From contig JACPJN010000007.1 in assembly GCA_016187515.1 (NCBI GenBank), forward strand, positions 228,778-292,777: DNA of 64,000 nt, read 5' to 3'. The DNA is from Candidatus Uhrbacteria bacterium (GTDB lineage Bacteria; Patescibacteriota; Patescibacteriia; GWA2-47-26). Position numbers and translations under genes: made by a program. Below, piece by piece: positions 10,230 through 18,512 of this stretch. Numbering within the stretch: position 1 is the first letter of the stretch; every line of letters starts with the position of its first letter. The notes under the pieces are model-generated. The model searched no databases. It saw only the letters and a list, made by a program, of their open reading frames with translations, and was not told the origin of the DNA.

Positions 10230-10335
10230 TGTTGCTTCTCCTCTTGTTTATCTGCCGGTTGCCTTGCCAACCGGTAGATATGATGGAACACTCTTGCACA
10301 AGGTACCTTATATATAACATGGCGGCTTAAAAATG

Positions 10336-10980
10336 TCAAGGCCGCATTTGTAAAATTTTCCTGGCCGGTATACCAACATAGGTACCCGGCTCCAGACAAT
10401 CTTTGGTTACTGCCGCGCCGGCGCCGACAGTACAATGGTCGCCAATAGTTTTATATTGCACCACTGTTGCGCCTACACCTATAAGAGAATGCGAGCCGAC
10501 TTTAACGCCGCCTGAAAAAGTTACCCCCGGCGCAATATGGGTAAAATCTCCGATCACGCAATCATGATCAATGGAAGCACGGGTGTTAATAATCGCGTAA
10601 CGCCCAATGCGCGTACCGGAATTGATGACCACCCCATCCATAACTACGGTACCCTCACCAATTTGTACATCTTCATTCACGACCGCAGTCGGCGATACAA
10701 TCGCCGGCATGGTAAACCCCAACCCGCGCAGTTTCTCAACCAGCCGCTCGCGTAAATCATCTTTGCCTAAATATCCCAGGCCGAGCACTGCCGCACACTC
10801 ACCATGCCGCGCTTTAATATCATGAAGAACATCATCAGTTCCAATATATGGCAAGTAAAGTAGTGGCCCTTGATTCTCGCGGTCGGTATAGCCAAGAATT
10901 TCAAAGGTGTTGAGTTTTTTCAGGATGCTGGTTACAACTTTCGCATGACCGCCACCGCCAATGACGACAATTTTCTGCAT
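10336..10980 (-). CDS. hexapeptide-repeat sugar acetyltransferase (NeuD/PglD-like)
   Basis: ORF 10336..11037. Probable start MQKIVVIGGGGHAKVV at 10980. C-terminal left-handed beta-helix repeats (IGDFTHIAPGVTFSGGVKVGSHSLIGVGATVV). Confidence 0.8.
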   Translation of the reverse strand: MQKIVVIGGGGHAKVVTSILKKLNTFEILGYTDRENQGPLLYLPYIGTDDVLHDIKARHGECAAVLGLGYLGKDDLRERLVEKLRGLGFTMPAIVSPTAVVNEDVQIGEGTVVMDGVVINSGTRIGRYAIINTRASIDHDCVIGDFTHIAPGVTFSGGVKVGSHSLIGVGATVVQYKTIGDHCTVGAGAAVTKDCLEPGTYVGIPARKILQMRP

Positions 10981-10987
10981 ACAATGG

Positions 10988-12151
10988 TTATGAAAAATAA
11001 TTCTTAATCGCGCCTGCCACTGTTTCAATCTGATCATTCGTGATATTCACACTGCAGGGAATATTCAGACATGTCTGCCAGGCATGCAGTGCGTGTGGTG
11101 TGGACTCACCGTAAACATTGCCGCCCTTATACATCGGCAATTCGTGAATTAGATTCCAAATCGGCCGCGCTTGAATCCCTTGGTCGATAAGATATTGCAT
11201 AAGCGGCTCTTTCGCGTTCGGATCAACTTGAATGGTGGAAAGCCAATAGTTGCTCTTGGCCCAAGAGGCCTCCTGCAAAACCTTCAGCTTCCCGCCGATA
11301 CCGGCAAAAAGTTCGCGGTAGCGCGCAGCAATTTCGCGTTTGCGTGTAACATACTCCTCCAATTTTTCCAGTTGGGCCACTCCGAGCGCGGCCTGGATAT
11401 TGGTCAGCCGATAATTGTAGCCGATCTCGTCATGGTCGTAGCGTAGCGGATCTTTTTTTGCTTGCGTACTCAAATGCCGTACACGTGCGGCCCACTCACC
11501 GTTATTTGTTACCAACATGCCTCCGCCGCCAGTAGTAATAATTTTATTGCCGTTAAACGATAGGCATCCGATATTGCCAAGCGCGCCGGCCTTTTTTCCT
11601 TTATATTCCGATCCCAAACTCTCGGTCGCGTCTTCAATCACGCATACCTTATACTGCCGACAAACTTCCATAAGCGCGTCCATGTCCGCCGGGTGTCCCA
11701 AAGCATTAACCGGAATTACCGCGCCGACGCGCTGTCCGGTCTTTTTATAGTAGGCCATCCCATCACCGCGTCTCTCGCATTCACGGCTTAAAAACTGCGC
11801 GATTTGATTTACATCCAAACAAAGCGTTTCCGGATCACAATCAAAAAATACCGGATATGCTCCGACATAACGCACGGTATTAACCGGAGCGATAAAAGTC
11901 AGGGTCGGCACTAGCACGATATCATCCTTTTTGACACCCGCGATAATAAGCGACAGGTGAAGCGCGGCAGTGCCGTTTACCACGGCCACGCCGTGCGCGA
12001 CCCCGAGATACTTGGCCATCTCCTCTTCAAAGCGATTAACAAAACTACCGACCGAAGAAACCCAGCCGGTATCTAGACACTCTTTTATGTAGCGCCACTC
12101 ATTTCCGGCGAGCACTGGTTCAGCAAGCGGTATCATATCGTCAATCGTCAT
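10988..12151 (-). CDS. DegT/DnrJ/EryC1/StrS family sugar aminotransferase (second copy)
   Basis: 387 aa. LAEPVLAGNEWRYIKECLDTGWVSSVGSFV and LSFNGNKIITTGGGGMLVTN segments; PLP-enzyme architecture of LegC/PglE-like aminotransferases. Confidence 0.85.
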   Translation of the reverse strand: MTIDDMIPLAEPVLAGNEWRYIKECLDTGWVSSVGSFVNRFEEEMAKYLGVAHGVAVVNGTAALHLSLIIAGVKKDDIVLVPTLTFIAPVNTVRYVGAYPVFFDCDPETLCLDVNQIAQFLSRECERRGDGMAYYKKTGQRVGAVIPVNALGHPADMDALMEVCRQYKVCVIEDATESLGSEYKGKKAGALGNIGCLSFNGNKIITTGGGGMLVTNNGEWAARVRHLSTQAKKDPLRYDHDEIGYNYRLTNIQAALGVAQLEKLEEYVTRKREIAARYRELFAGIGGKLKVLQEASWAKSNYWLSTIQVDPNAKEPLMQYLIDQGIQARPIWNLIHELPMYKGGNVYGESTPHALHAWQTCLNIPCSVNITNDQIETVAGAIKNYFS

Positions 12152-12187
12152 TCCCGCGGAAGCGGGAATCCAGTCAATACTTAATGC

Positions 12188-13021
12188 TCAATAGGATCTC
12201 AAATCCAAAAGATAGTGATTGGTCTCATGGAGTTTAAACCCGACTTTTTGATACAAACTATTGGCCGCGACGCGTTTGGGATTGGTCGTCAGCTCTACCA
12301 TCTCCACCCCTTGCGCTTTGGCCCAGCGTAAAAGATCATGGAGAATCTTTTCGCCTAGTCCTTTGCCGCGCTGTGCCGGATCAACAATCATATCCTCAAC
12401 TACGGCCTGCCGGCGGAGCATCGTTTGCCGCGGAAAAATCCAACCCATACCCATCAACTTATCGCCTTCGTAGACCATACTCACATACCCGTCCAGCATG
12501 GCTTTATAAAGCGACTGCTCGTCAACAACCGCAGTCGGATCGAGTTGAGCGACTAACTCGCGTACGCGGACGACATCATAATTAAAATGTTTTTTAAGAT
12601 AAGTCAGAATGTCCTGATTAGAATCAAACGCGATCGTGTTAAGTTCTTTAAGCGGGACCCAAGCCAGCTCGGAGTTTTCATGATTAAGCCGCGGCTCGCC
12701 CTGCAGTTCTGCCAGATAGGCAAAACTCAAAACTGGATATTTATGATCCTTATAAGAAGCCGTACCCGGAAACGCGCCAATAAGCGTCTCCGAGCGCACC
12801 CCGACACCCAACTCTTCCTTCAGCTCGCGGCGAAGCGCCTGCTCTGGAGTTTCTCCTTTATGCAAATACCCGCCTAAAAAATCCCACTGATCCTTAAAGG
12901 GCTCTTCGTTGCGTTTGGCCACGAGAATTTTACCGTCGCGTATTACAATGGCCGTGGCTGTCGGTTTTGGGTTTTCAAACGCGCAAAGTTCGCATGTGGT
13001 ATTGTCCATATCTACAAACAC
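12188..13021 (-). CDS. NUDIX hydrolase - GNAT acetyltransferase fusion protein
   Basis: 277 aa. N-terminal half has the NUDIX box GGYLHKGETPEQALRRELKEELGV. C-terminal half has the GNAT acetyl-CoA motif QRGKGLGEKILHDLLRWAKAQG. Start may be MDNTT at 13009, avoiding overlap with the upstream gene. Confidence 0.75.
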   Translation of the reverse strand: MFVDMDNTTCELCAFENPKPTATAIVIRDGKILVAKRNEEPFKDQWDFLGGYLHKGETPEQALRRELKEELGVGVRSETLIGAFPGTASYKDHKYPVLSFAYLAELQGEPRLNHENSELAWVPLKELNTIAFDSNQDILTYLKKHFNYDVVRVRELVAQLDPTAVVDEQSLYKAMLDGYVSMVYEGDKLMGMGWIFPRQTMLRRQAVVEDMIVDPAQRGKGLGEKILHDLLRWAKAQGVEMVELTTNPKRVAANSLYQKVGFKLHETNHYLLDLRSY

Positions 13022-14337
13022 TTATAGATAATGCTGTGCTTCAGCGTGTCGGACGCTTGCACAACAGGTAAAAACCAACTCTTCACATCCATAAGCACTC
13101 CTTTACCGTTGCCATTTCCATTATAGTATTGGATGAGATTTTCAAGTTTCATGTCCTTAAACTGTCGGTGCAATGTTGCAAGAATAATGCCGTCCACTTT
13201 TCCAATCTTTTCAAGATCAGCCACATATTCCACGCCGAACTTTTCTACCTCTTCTTGGTAAAGATTTGGATCATACGCCAAGGGTCGAACACCATATGAT
13301 TTTAGTTTCTTGATTGTATCTCCGATCTTTGAATTACGTGTATCACGAATGTCTTCTTTAAATGTAAGGCCCATGACCAAGACACGCGCGCCTTGCACAA
13401 CTTTACCGGCTTCCACCAGTCCTCGTATAGTGAGATCTGCCACATACTCCGGCATCCAGTCATTAATGCGCCGGCCAGCCAGAATTACTTCCGGATTATA
13501 GCCAAGCTCTTGCGCTTTGTGGGTCAGATAATACGGATCGACTGAAATGCAATGTCCCCCAACGAGCCCTGGCTGATATTTATGAAAATTCCATTTCGTG
13601 CCCGCTGCTTCAATGACATCACGAGTATTGATTCCAAGGCGGTGAAAAATGATCGAGAGTTCGTTCACCAGCGCGATATTCAAATCGCGTTGGGTATTTT
13701 CAATGACTTTTTCAGCTTCCGCCGTCTTGATATTGGGTGTTTTATGCACACCACCTTTGCAAATCTCGCCATACACCGCAGCAACCAATTCAAGCGTCTC
13801 GGTATCCATTCCGGACACCACCTTAACCGTGGTTTCAATCGTATGTTCTTTATCACCAGGATTCGTGCGTTCTGGAGAATATCCCACTTTAAAATCCGCT
13901 CCGCACTTCAACTCAGAATGTTTCTCAATGAGTGACGCGCAAACCTCTTCCGTAACTCCCGGATACACGGTGGACTCATAAACCACCACTGTTCCGGGCT
14001 TCAGATATTTTCCAATGGTTTCCGAGGCCTCAATTACGGGCGACAAATCCGGGGTTTTGGCCTGCGTAATCGGAGTCGGCACCGTAACAATGATAAAATT
14101 CGCGCGCGAAAGCACGCTCGGGTCAGGCGTATACTCCACCTTTGCTGCGGCCATTTCTTCATCGGTAATTTCACCGTTCGGATCATGGCCGGCTTTAAGC
14201 GAGTCAATCCGCGCTTGACTCTTATTCAATCCGATCACCGGCGCAAATCGGCTTTTCCCAAACGCCACCGCCAAAGGCAGTCCCACATAGCCCAACCCCA
14301 CCACTGCAATTTTTATATCTTCAAGTTTTGGTAACAT
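13012..14337 (-). CDS. UDP-N-acetyl-D-mannosamine/glucosamine dehydrogenase (UDP-glucose/GDP-mannose dehydrogenase family, WecC/WbpA/TviB-like)
   Basis: 441 aa. N-terminal IAVVGLGYVGLPLAVAF Rossmann fold and catalytic-Cys region GGHCISVDPYYL. Confidence 0.8.
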   Translation of the reverse strand: MLPKLEDIKIAVVGLGYVGLPLAVAFGKSRFAPVIGLNKSQARIDSLKAGHDPNGEITDEEMAAAKVEYTPDPSVLSRANFIIVTVPTPITQAKTPDLSPVIEASETIGKYLKPGTVVVYESTVYPGVTEEVCASLIEKHSELKCGADFKVGYSPERTNPGDKEHTIETTVKVVSGMDTETLELVAAVYGEICKGGVHKTPNIKTAEAEKVIENTQRDLNIALVNELSIIFHRLGINTRDVIEAAGTKWNFHKYQPGLVGGHCISVDPYYLTHKAQELGYNPEVILAGRRINDWMPEYVADLTIRGLVEAGKVVQGARVLVMGLTFKEDIRDTRNSKIGDTIKKLKSYGVRPLAYDPNLYQEEVEKFGVEYVADLEKIGKVDGIILATLHRQFKDMKLENLIQYYNGNGNGKGVLMDVKSWFLPVVQASDTLKHSIIYKCL

Positions 14338-14453
14338 AGATGAGTGTAATTGACCTAATTAACCTAAGTGCTCTAATTGACCTAAACAATAACCAATATT
14401 GGGATTTGGGACTTGTTTAGAATAATTAGGTTAATTAGAGTAATTAAAAATTC
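14338..14453. repeat. AT-rich intergenic palindromic element, family R subtype 1
   Basis: CTAATTGACCTAAACAATAACCAATATTGGGATTTGGGACTTGTTTAGAATAATTAGGTTAATTAGAG. Arms pair around a central ATTGGGATTT core. Fills the whole ugd-like/ahcY intergenic gap. Confidence 0.75.
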
Positions 14454-15917
14454 TCAAGTACCTTCCTCCCATGAACTCAAATACTTTCTTTGCTCCTCGG
14501 TTAATTCATCTTTGCGCACCTCCATTGCCTCAAGCTGCAACGCGGCAATGTCGTCATCTACTCTGGATGGTAACACATAGACCTTTGGCTCGAGTTTCCC
14601 CAGGTTCTCCACAAGATACGCACAAGCCAAAGCTTGCCCGCAAAATGAAAGCGACATCACCTCTGAAGGATGACCTTCTGCCGCGGCCAAATTCACCAGC
14701 CGCCCTTCGCCGGCGACATACAACACGCGGTCATCCGTCATCGGTTCACGGTTCACGGTTTGTGTTGATTTACTGTGAACTGTCGACTGTGAACTGTCGA
14801 CTGGCAAAGTATATTCATCCAGCATCGTCCGCACCGTCCGCACACCCTTTGCCATCTCCCGCAGTCCTTTCAAATCAATCTCCGCGTCAAAATGTCCGGA
14901 ATTGGCCAGAATCGCGCCGGATTTCATTTTAGAAAAATGCTCTGGACGCAAAACATGTTTGTCACCCGTAACCGTAATAAAAATATCGCCAAGCGTGGCG
15001 GCTTCCGCAAGCGGCATCACCCGAAATCCATCCATCACGGCTTGTAGTGCGCGAAACGCGTCAACTTCACACACAATCACATTTGATCCCATGCCGCGCG
15101 CGCGCAAAGCCACGCCTTTGCCGCAGGAACCGTAACCACACACGACCACGGTTTTGCCCGCCCACAAAATATTGGTCGCCCGCGTAATCCCATCCAGCGT
15201 GGATTGCCCGGTGCCATAGTAATTGTCCATCAGATGTTTGGTCTTATTGTCATTCACTGCTACAACCGGGTATTTAAGCGCGCCGTCGCGCTCCATCGCC
15301 CGCAAGCGGATAAGGCCTGTTGTGGTTTCCTCGGTCCCGCCAATTAAATTCGCAATAAACTCCGGGTGTTTTTTGTGAATTTCACCAACTAAATCCCCGC
15401 CATCGTCAATGGTGATCAAATTTCTCCCACCCCTCCTAGCCTCCCCTCGGGTCCCGGCTGCGGCCGAGGATCCTCGATTCTCGAGAATCGGGACAGGGGA
15501 GGAAATTGATTGTTCTCCCCCTCTTAGAGGGGGAGATTCAGAGGGGGTCCGAACCTCTACTTTCATGAACTCAATCACCCGATTTAGAAAATCGTAGTAT
15601 TCCTCATTACTCTCGCCCTTATGTGCAAATACGGCCACGCCTTCCTCCGCGAGCGCCGCCGCCACATCATCTTGAGTGGATAATGGATTACATCCGGTAA
15701 TCGCAACCTCGGCCCCGCCAGAGCGAAGCGTGCGCACCAGCACTGCGGTTTCTTTGGTCACATGCAAGGCCATACCGACAGTCACACCCGCCAATGGTTT
15801 TTCGCGCGCAAACCGCTTTCGCACTTCCAAAAGCGCGCCCATTCTACGTTCGGCTAATTCAATCTGCAGCCGCCCTTGCGGCGCAAGCGAAATGTCTTTT
15901 ACCTTGTATTGTTCCAT
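14454..15917 (-). CDS. ahcY: adenosylhomocysteinase carrying two in-frame repeat-element insertions
   Basis: ORF 14454..15947; probable start MEQYKVKDISLAPQGR. Conserved AhcY blocks (GCNPLSTQDDVAAAL, NAD site VVVCGYGSCGKGVA, HPSEVMSLSF). Inserted peptides SESPPLRGGEQSISSP...GEARRGG and PVDSSQSTVHSKSTQTVNREPM coincide with DNA repeat elements. Confidence 0.9.
   Translation of the reverse strand: MEQYKVKDISLAPQGRLQIELAERRMGALLEVRKRFAREKPLAGVTVGMALHVTKETAVLVRTLRSGGAEVAITGCNPLSTQDDVAAALAEEGVAVFAHKGESNEEYYDFLNRVIEFMKVEVRTPSESPPLRGGEQSISSPVPILENRGSSAAAGTRGEARRGGRNLITIDDGGDLVGEIHKKHPEFIANLIGGTEETTTGLIRLRAMERDGALKYPVVAVNDNKTKHLMDNYYGTGQSTLDGITRATNILWAGKTVVVCGYGSCGKGVALRARGMGSNVIVCEVDAFRALQAVMDGFRVMPLAEAATLGDIFITVTGDKHVLRPEHFSKMKSGAILANSGHFDAEIDLKGLREMAKGVRTVRTMLDEYTLPVDSSQSTVHSKSTQTVNREPMTDDRVLYVAGEGRLVNLAAAEGHPSEVMSLSFCGQALACAYLVENLGKLEPKVYVLPSRVDDDIAALQLEAMEVRKDELTEEQRKYLSSWEEGT
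14742..14802. repeat. CTGTGAACT-type tandem/inverted repeat (family Q) in-frame in ahcY
   Basis: CGGTTCACGGTTCACGG...CTGTGAACTGTCGACTGTGAACTGTCGAC. Encodes PVDSSQSTVHSKSTQTV. Confidence 0.75.
15425..15552. repeat. family P palindromic element inserted in-frame in ahcY
   Basis: ...CGATTCTCGAGAATCG (perfect palindrome) ...CCCCCTCTTAGAGGGGGAGATTCAGAGGGGGTCC. Encodes SESPPLRGGE...RGEARRGG inside AhcY. Confidence 0.75.
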
Positions 15918-15962
15918 AGTAAATAGTGAAGAAAATAATCCTAACAAATTATATGCCGAGCG

Positions 15963-16736
15963 TCAAAGTTTTTGAGCAATGAATTGCGGGAATTTCAACA
16001 CCCGTGCCCCTTGGTCCGGGCGAATCAACAACGGCTCAACTTCTTTGGCCAGCGCTTTAAAATCAAGTTTTCCGCAATAATCATACACTTGTTTAATCAA
16101 TTTGGAAACTGTCAAACCCATGGCCGCTTTTACATAATCTTCACTGGGTTGTGTAATTCCATACAAAAAACTCACATCATAAAAATCGCGTCCTTTTGTC
16201 CGCTTACGCTGTAAAATCGTGATTAATTTCTGCGCTAGCAAAATATCTTCCGGATTTACTAGCAGATCATAAAACAGATCAAATTTGTTGATGGTATGCG
16301 CACGCGGCGTAAACACTTTCTTTTGCGCCATACTCTCCATTTTAATAAGAATCTTTTCGCTCGCGTGATCACTTATTTTATGCTCATGCAGTAGATGGGG
16401 AAATTTGATGTAGCAATGATACGCGCCTTTTTCTAAAAATCTAAATTCAACCGTAAGGCCCTTACGTCTCATGTCGTCTATTACCTGGTTAAGCATGGCT
16501 TGAAATGCCGAAAAAGAAAGTCCAAAATTATCAAAATCAAGATCTTCGGAAAAGCGATTTCCTTGATAACATATCCGAATTGAGGTTCCGCCCATAAAAC
16601 TTAATTGCTCACTGCCTTTCTGTTTATACAGCGAATCCAGCAGTTCATATTGGAGATATTCAACCAGGACGCGGCGAGGCGAAATAAACTCTTCGTTTTT
16701 TGTATAGTGATCTTTTAACTGCGTGAAGGTGAACAT
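15963..16736 (-). CDS. nucleotidyltransferase AbiEii/AbiGii toxin family protein
   Basis: 257 aa. GGTSIRICYQGNRFSEDLDFD matches the AbiEii hG[GS]...DhD nucleotidyltransferase motif. Overlaps the upstream antitoxin gene by 22 nt. Confidence 0.8.
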   Translation of the reverse strand: MFTFTQLKDHYTKNEEFISPRRVLVEYLQYELLDSLYKQKGSEQLSFMGGTSIRICYQGNRFSEDLDFDNFGLSFSAFQAMLNQVIDDMRRKGLTVEFRFLEKGAYHCYIKFPHLLHEHKISDHASEKILIKMESMAQKKVFTPRAHTINKFDLFYDLLVNPEDILLAQKLITILQRKRTKGRDFYDVSFLYGITQPSEDYVKAAMGLTVSKLIKQVYDYCGKLDFKALAKEVEPLLIRPDQGARVLKFPQFIAQKL

Positions 16737-17335
16737 AGGGCAAGCAATTCGTTAACCAGCTGATCTAAACGCTTGGAGTGGAACTGCTTAACATATTTTT
16801 TAATCCGGGCGCGGTTTAAGGTGGTACTCATGGTTTCGTAATCAAACCGCATTCCCTCCAGGTCGTCGCGAGTCCGTATCGCGCGCGGGTTGAGATAAAA
16901 ATAATCCAGCAATGCTTTTTCAGGGTGCGCAAACAAATACTTACCATGCTTTGTCTCTATATCCCCATATCCCCAAAAAAGTTTGGGTACAATAGTACGG
17001 TAGCTAAACCTGCCAAATTGGTTCGCGATCGTCCGCGTTGGCCGCGTGGTTACCGAAGTGCACACTGCCACCATCTCTGGAATAAACCCATAGTGATGCA
17101 GCGCGTACTCTAAACTAATATAACTTGGTTCATACAGCAGAAACGCGACCTCCTCCGGTATCACCTCTTTCTTACGCGCGGTAAAGACAAAAATCCCGCG
17201 CTGAATTTTTTCAATATCACCCATGCCCTGCCAGCGCGAAAGTTGGTAATCCGGCACCTGGAGATTCCGAATACGCAATTCTGTCCTTGTAAAATAGGGC
17301 TTTTCTATGATTTTAGTAAATTCTCTATATTTCAT
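16715..17335 (-). CDS. type IV toxin-antitoxin system AbiEi family antitoxin
   Basis: 206 aa. Sits immediately upstream of and overlapping the AbiEii gene. N-terminal wHTH-like region (FTRTELRIRNLQVPDYQLSRW), the usual AbiEi architecture. Confidence 0.65.
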   Translation of the reverse strand: MKYREFTKIIEKPYFTRTELRIRNLQVPDYQLSRWQGMGDIEKIQRGIFVFTARKKEVIPEEVAFLLYEPSYISLEYALHHYGFIPEMVAVCTSVTTRPTRTIANQFGRFSYRTIVPKLFWGYGDIETKHGKYLFAHPEKALLDYFYLNPRAIRTRDDLEGMRFDYETMSTTLNRARIKKYVKQFHSKRLDQLVNELLALCSPSRS

Positions 17336-17675
17336 AAACTTAGCAAAAATGATAAGTTACTGAAATACTATAAAATTATCAAAGTCTTGTCAACTGTGGA
17401 TAAAAAAGCCGCCGTGGGGAATTAATCCCGTTGGCGGCAACGCGGCAGGTGCGTGCGACCTGTTATAGCTGTATGGCGGACTCACCCCGTCGGAGACCAC
17501 GAAAAACGGCGGGCGAATCAGTCGGGCATCCTCGCTCACCCGCGCTGACCCCAGATCAAAGAGCGATTCAATTCGCATTACGGCCTCCTTGACGATTGAA
17601 TAATCATCTGCTAACACCCTACCACTGCTCGCCTAAAATGTCAATGCATTGCACTCCCTACTCGACCTCTCCTCA

Positions 17676-18512
17676 CTACCAAATCAGTAACCCTATCCCC
17701 AATGCCAAAACGACAAAAGTCCCTAATTTAATGAGGAGATTTTTCTCATGAAAATATAAATTTCCGGAAAGTACGGACCAAAGTATTGCGGAAGCGCGTT
17801 TTACCGCGGTGATAATGGAAGCCGGAGCAAACACAAATGCAAAACTTTCGAGCGCCACCGCCACGCCCATACCCAGCGATTGCGCGATAAAAATCGGCTG
17901 ACGAAAAAAGCGGAACGGATTTTCATGGGCGCGATAATAGGCGTTTACGAAAAAATATGCCATCAGCACGAGCATAATTATCAACTGCTCAGCGACAACC
18001 GAGTTAAAATGAGTAATGTTGTACTTGTAAAGTGAGATGGTCGCCACGGCATTGACCGCGGTAAACAGCACATACCCGCGGCCTTCCCGCTCAATACCGT
18101 GATTAGCAAACAAAAATAGCAGCGTAATTACAATCAATCCAAGACCGGCGATTTGCGATAAAGACAGCGCATAGCCAAGAAAGACATCCACAACCAAAAG
18201 CAGGGGGATGGTCAGTGAGCGGATAAAACTAAAGGTACTGCGTGCGGCCAGCGCCGCGGCTTTAACCGTCAGATGCGCCTGCGCTACTTCAAGAACCAGC
18301 CGTGGAATAAAAGTAGCGAGCGAAGCGGCGACAAATCGAAAACTGCCCGGCACCAATAACGCGACAGCGAAAAAAGCCAGCACGACCCAGAAAAGATCCA
18401 GAAAGCCCCAGGTAAAAATGCTTTCCTGCCGCTCCGTAACTTTTTTCTTGCCAATCAGCTTGGAACATTCATCAAACAAAGTTCCCAAAGAAGCCAGTAA
18501 AATACCGATCAT
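17676..18512 (-). CDS. EamA/DMT-like multi-pass membrane protein
   Basis: 278 aa, about 9 hydrophobic helices, duplicated-half organisation typical of drug/metabolite transporters. Family call is tentative. Confidence 0.45.
   Translation of the reverse strand: MIGILLASLGTLFDECSKLIGKKKVTERQESIFTWGFLDLFWVVLAFFAVALLVPGSFRFVAASLATFIPRLVLEVAQAHLTVKAAALAARSTFSFIRSLTIPLLLVVDVFLGYALSLSQIAGLGLIVITLLFLFANHGIEREGRGYVLFTAVNAVATISLYKYNITHFNSVVAEQLIIMLVLMAYFFVNAYYRAHENPFRFFRQPIFIAQSLGMGVAVALESFAFVFAPASIITAVKRASAILWSVLSGNLYFHEKNLLIKLGTFVVLALGIGLLIW

Noticed and set aside
9363-10277. Long plus-strand ORFs (9363..10277, 9592..9795) and minus-strand ORFs 9407..9757 and 9496..10005 overlapping the 332-aa gene
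   Set aside because: Extremely Arg/Gly/Pro-rich, which is typical of antisense or out-of-frame translation of high-GC DNA. The 9231..10229 frame has balanced, protein-like composition.
17390-17617. GC-rich 230-bp intergenic segment; considered tmRNA/SRP/RNase P RNA
   Set aside because: I could not match conserved motifs of any of these RNAs by eye (for example, no tRNA-like acceptor/T-arm for tmRNA). Left as a possible mini GC-islet with a 75-aa ORF; needs an Rfam/Infernal scan.
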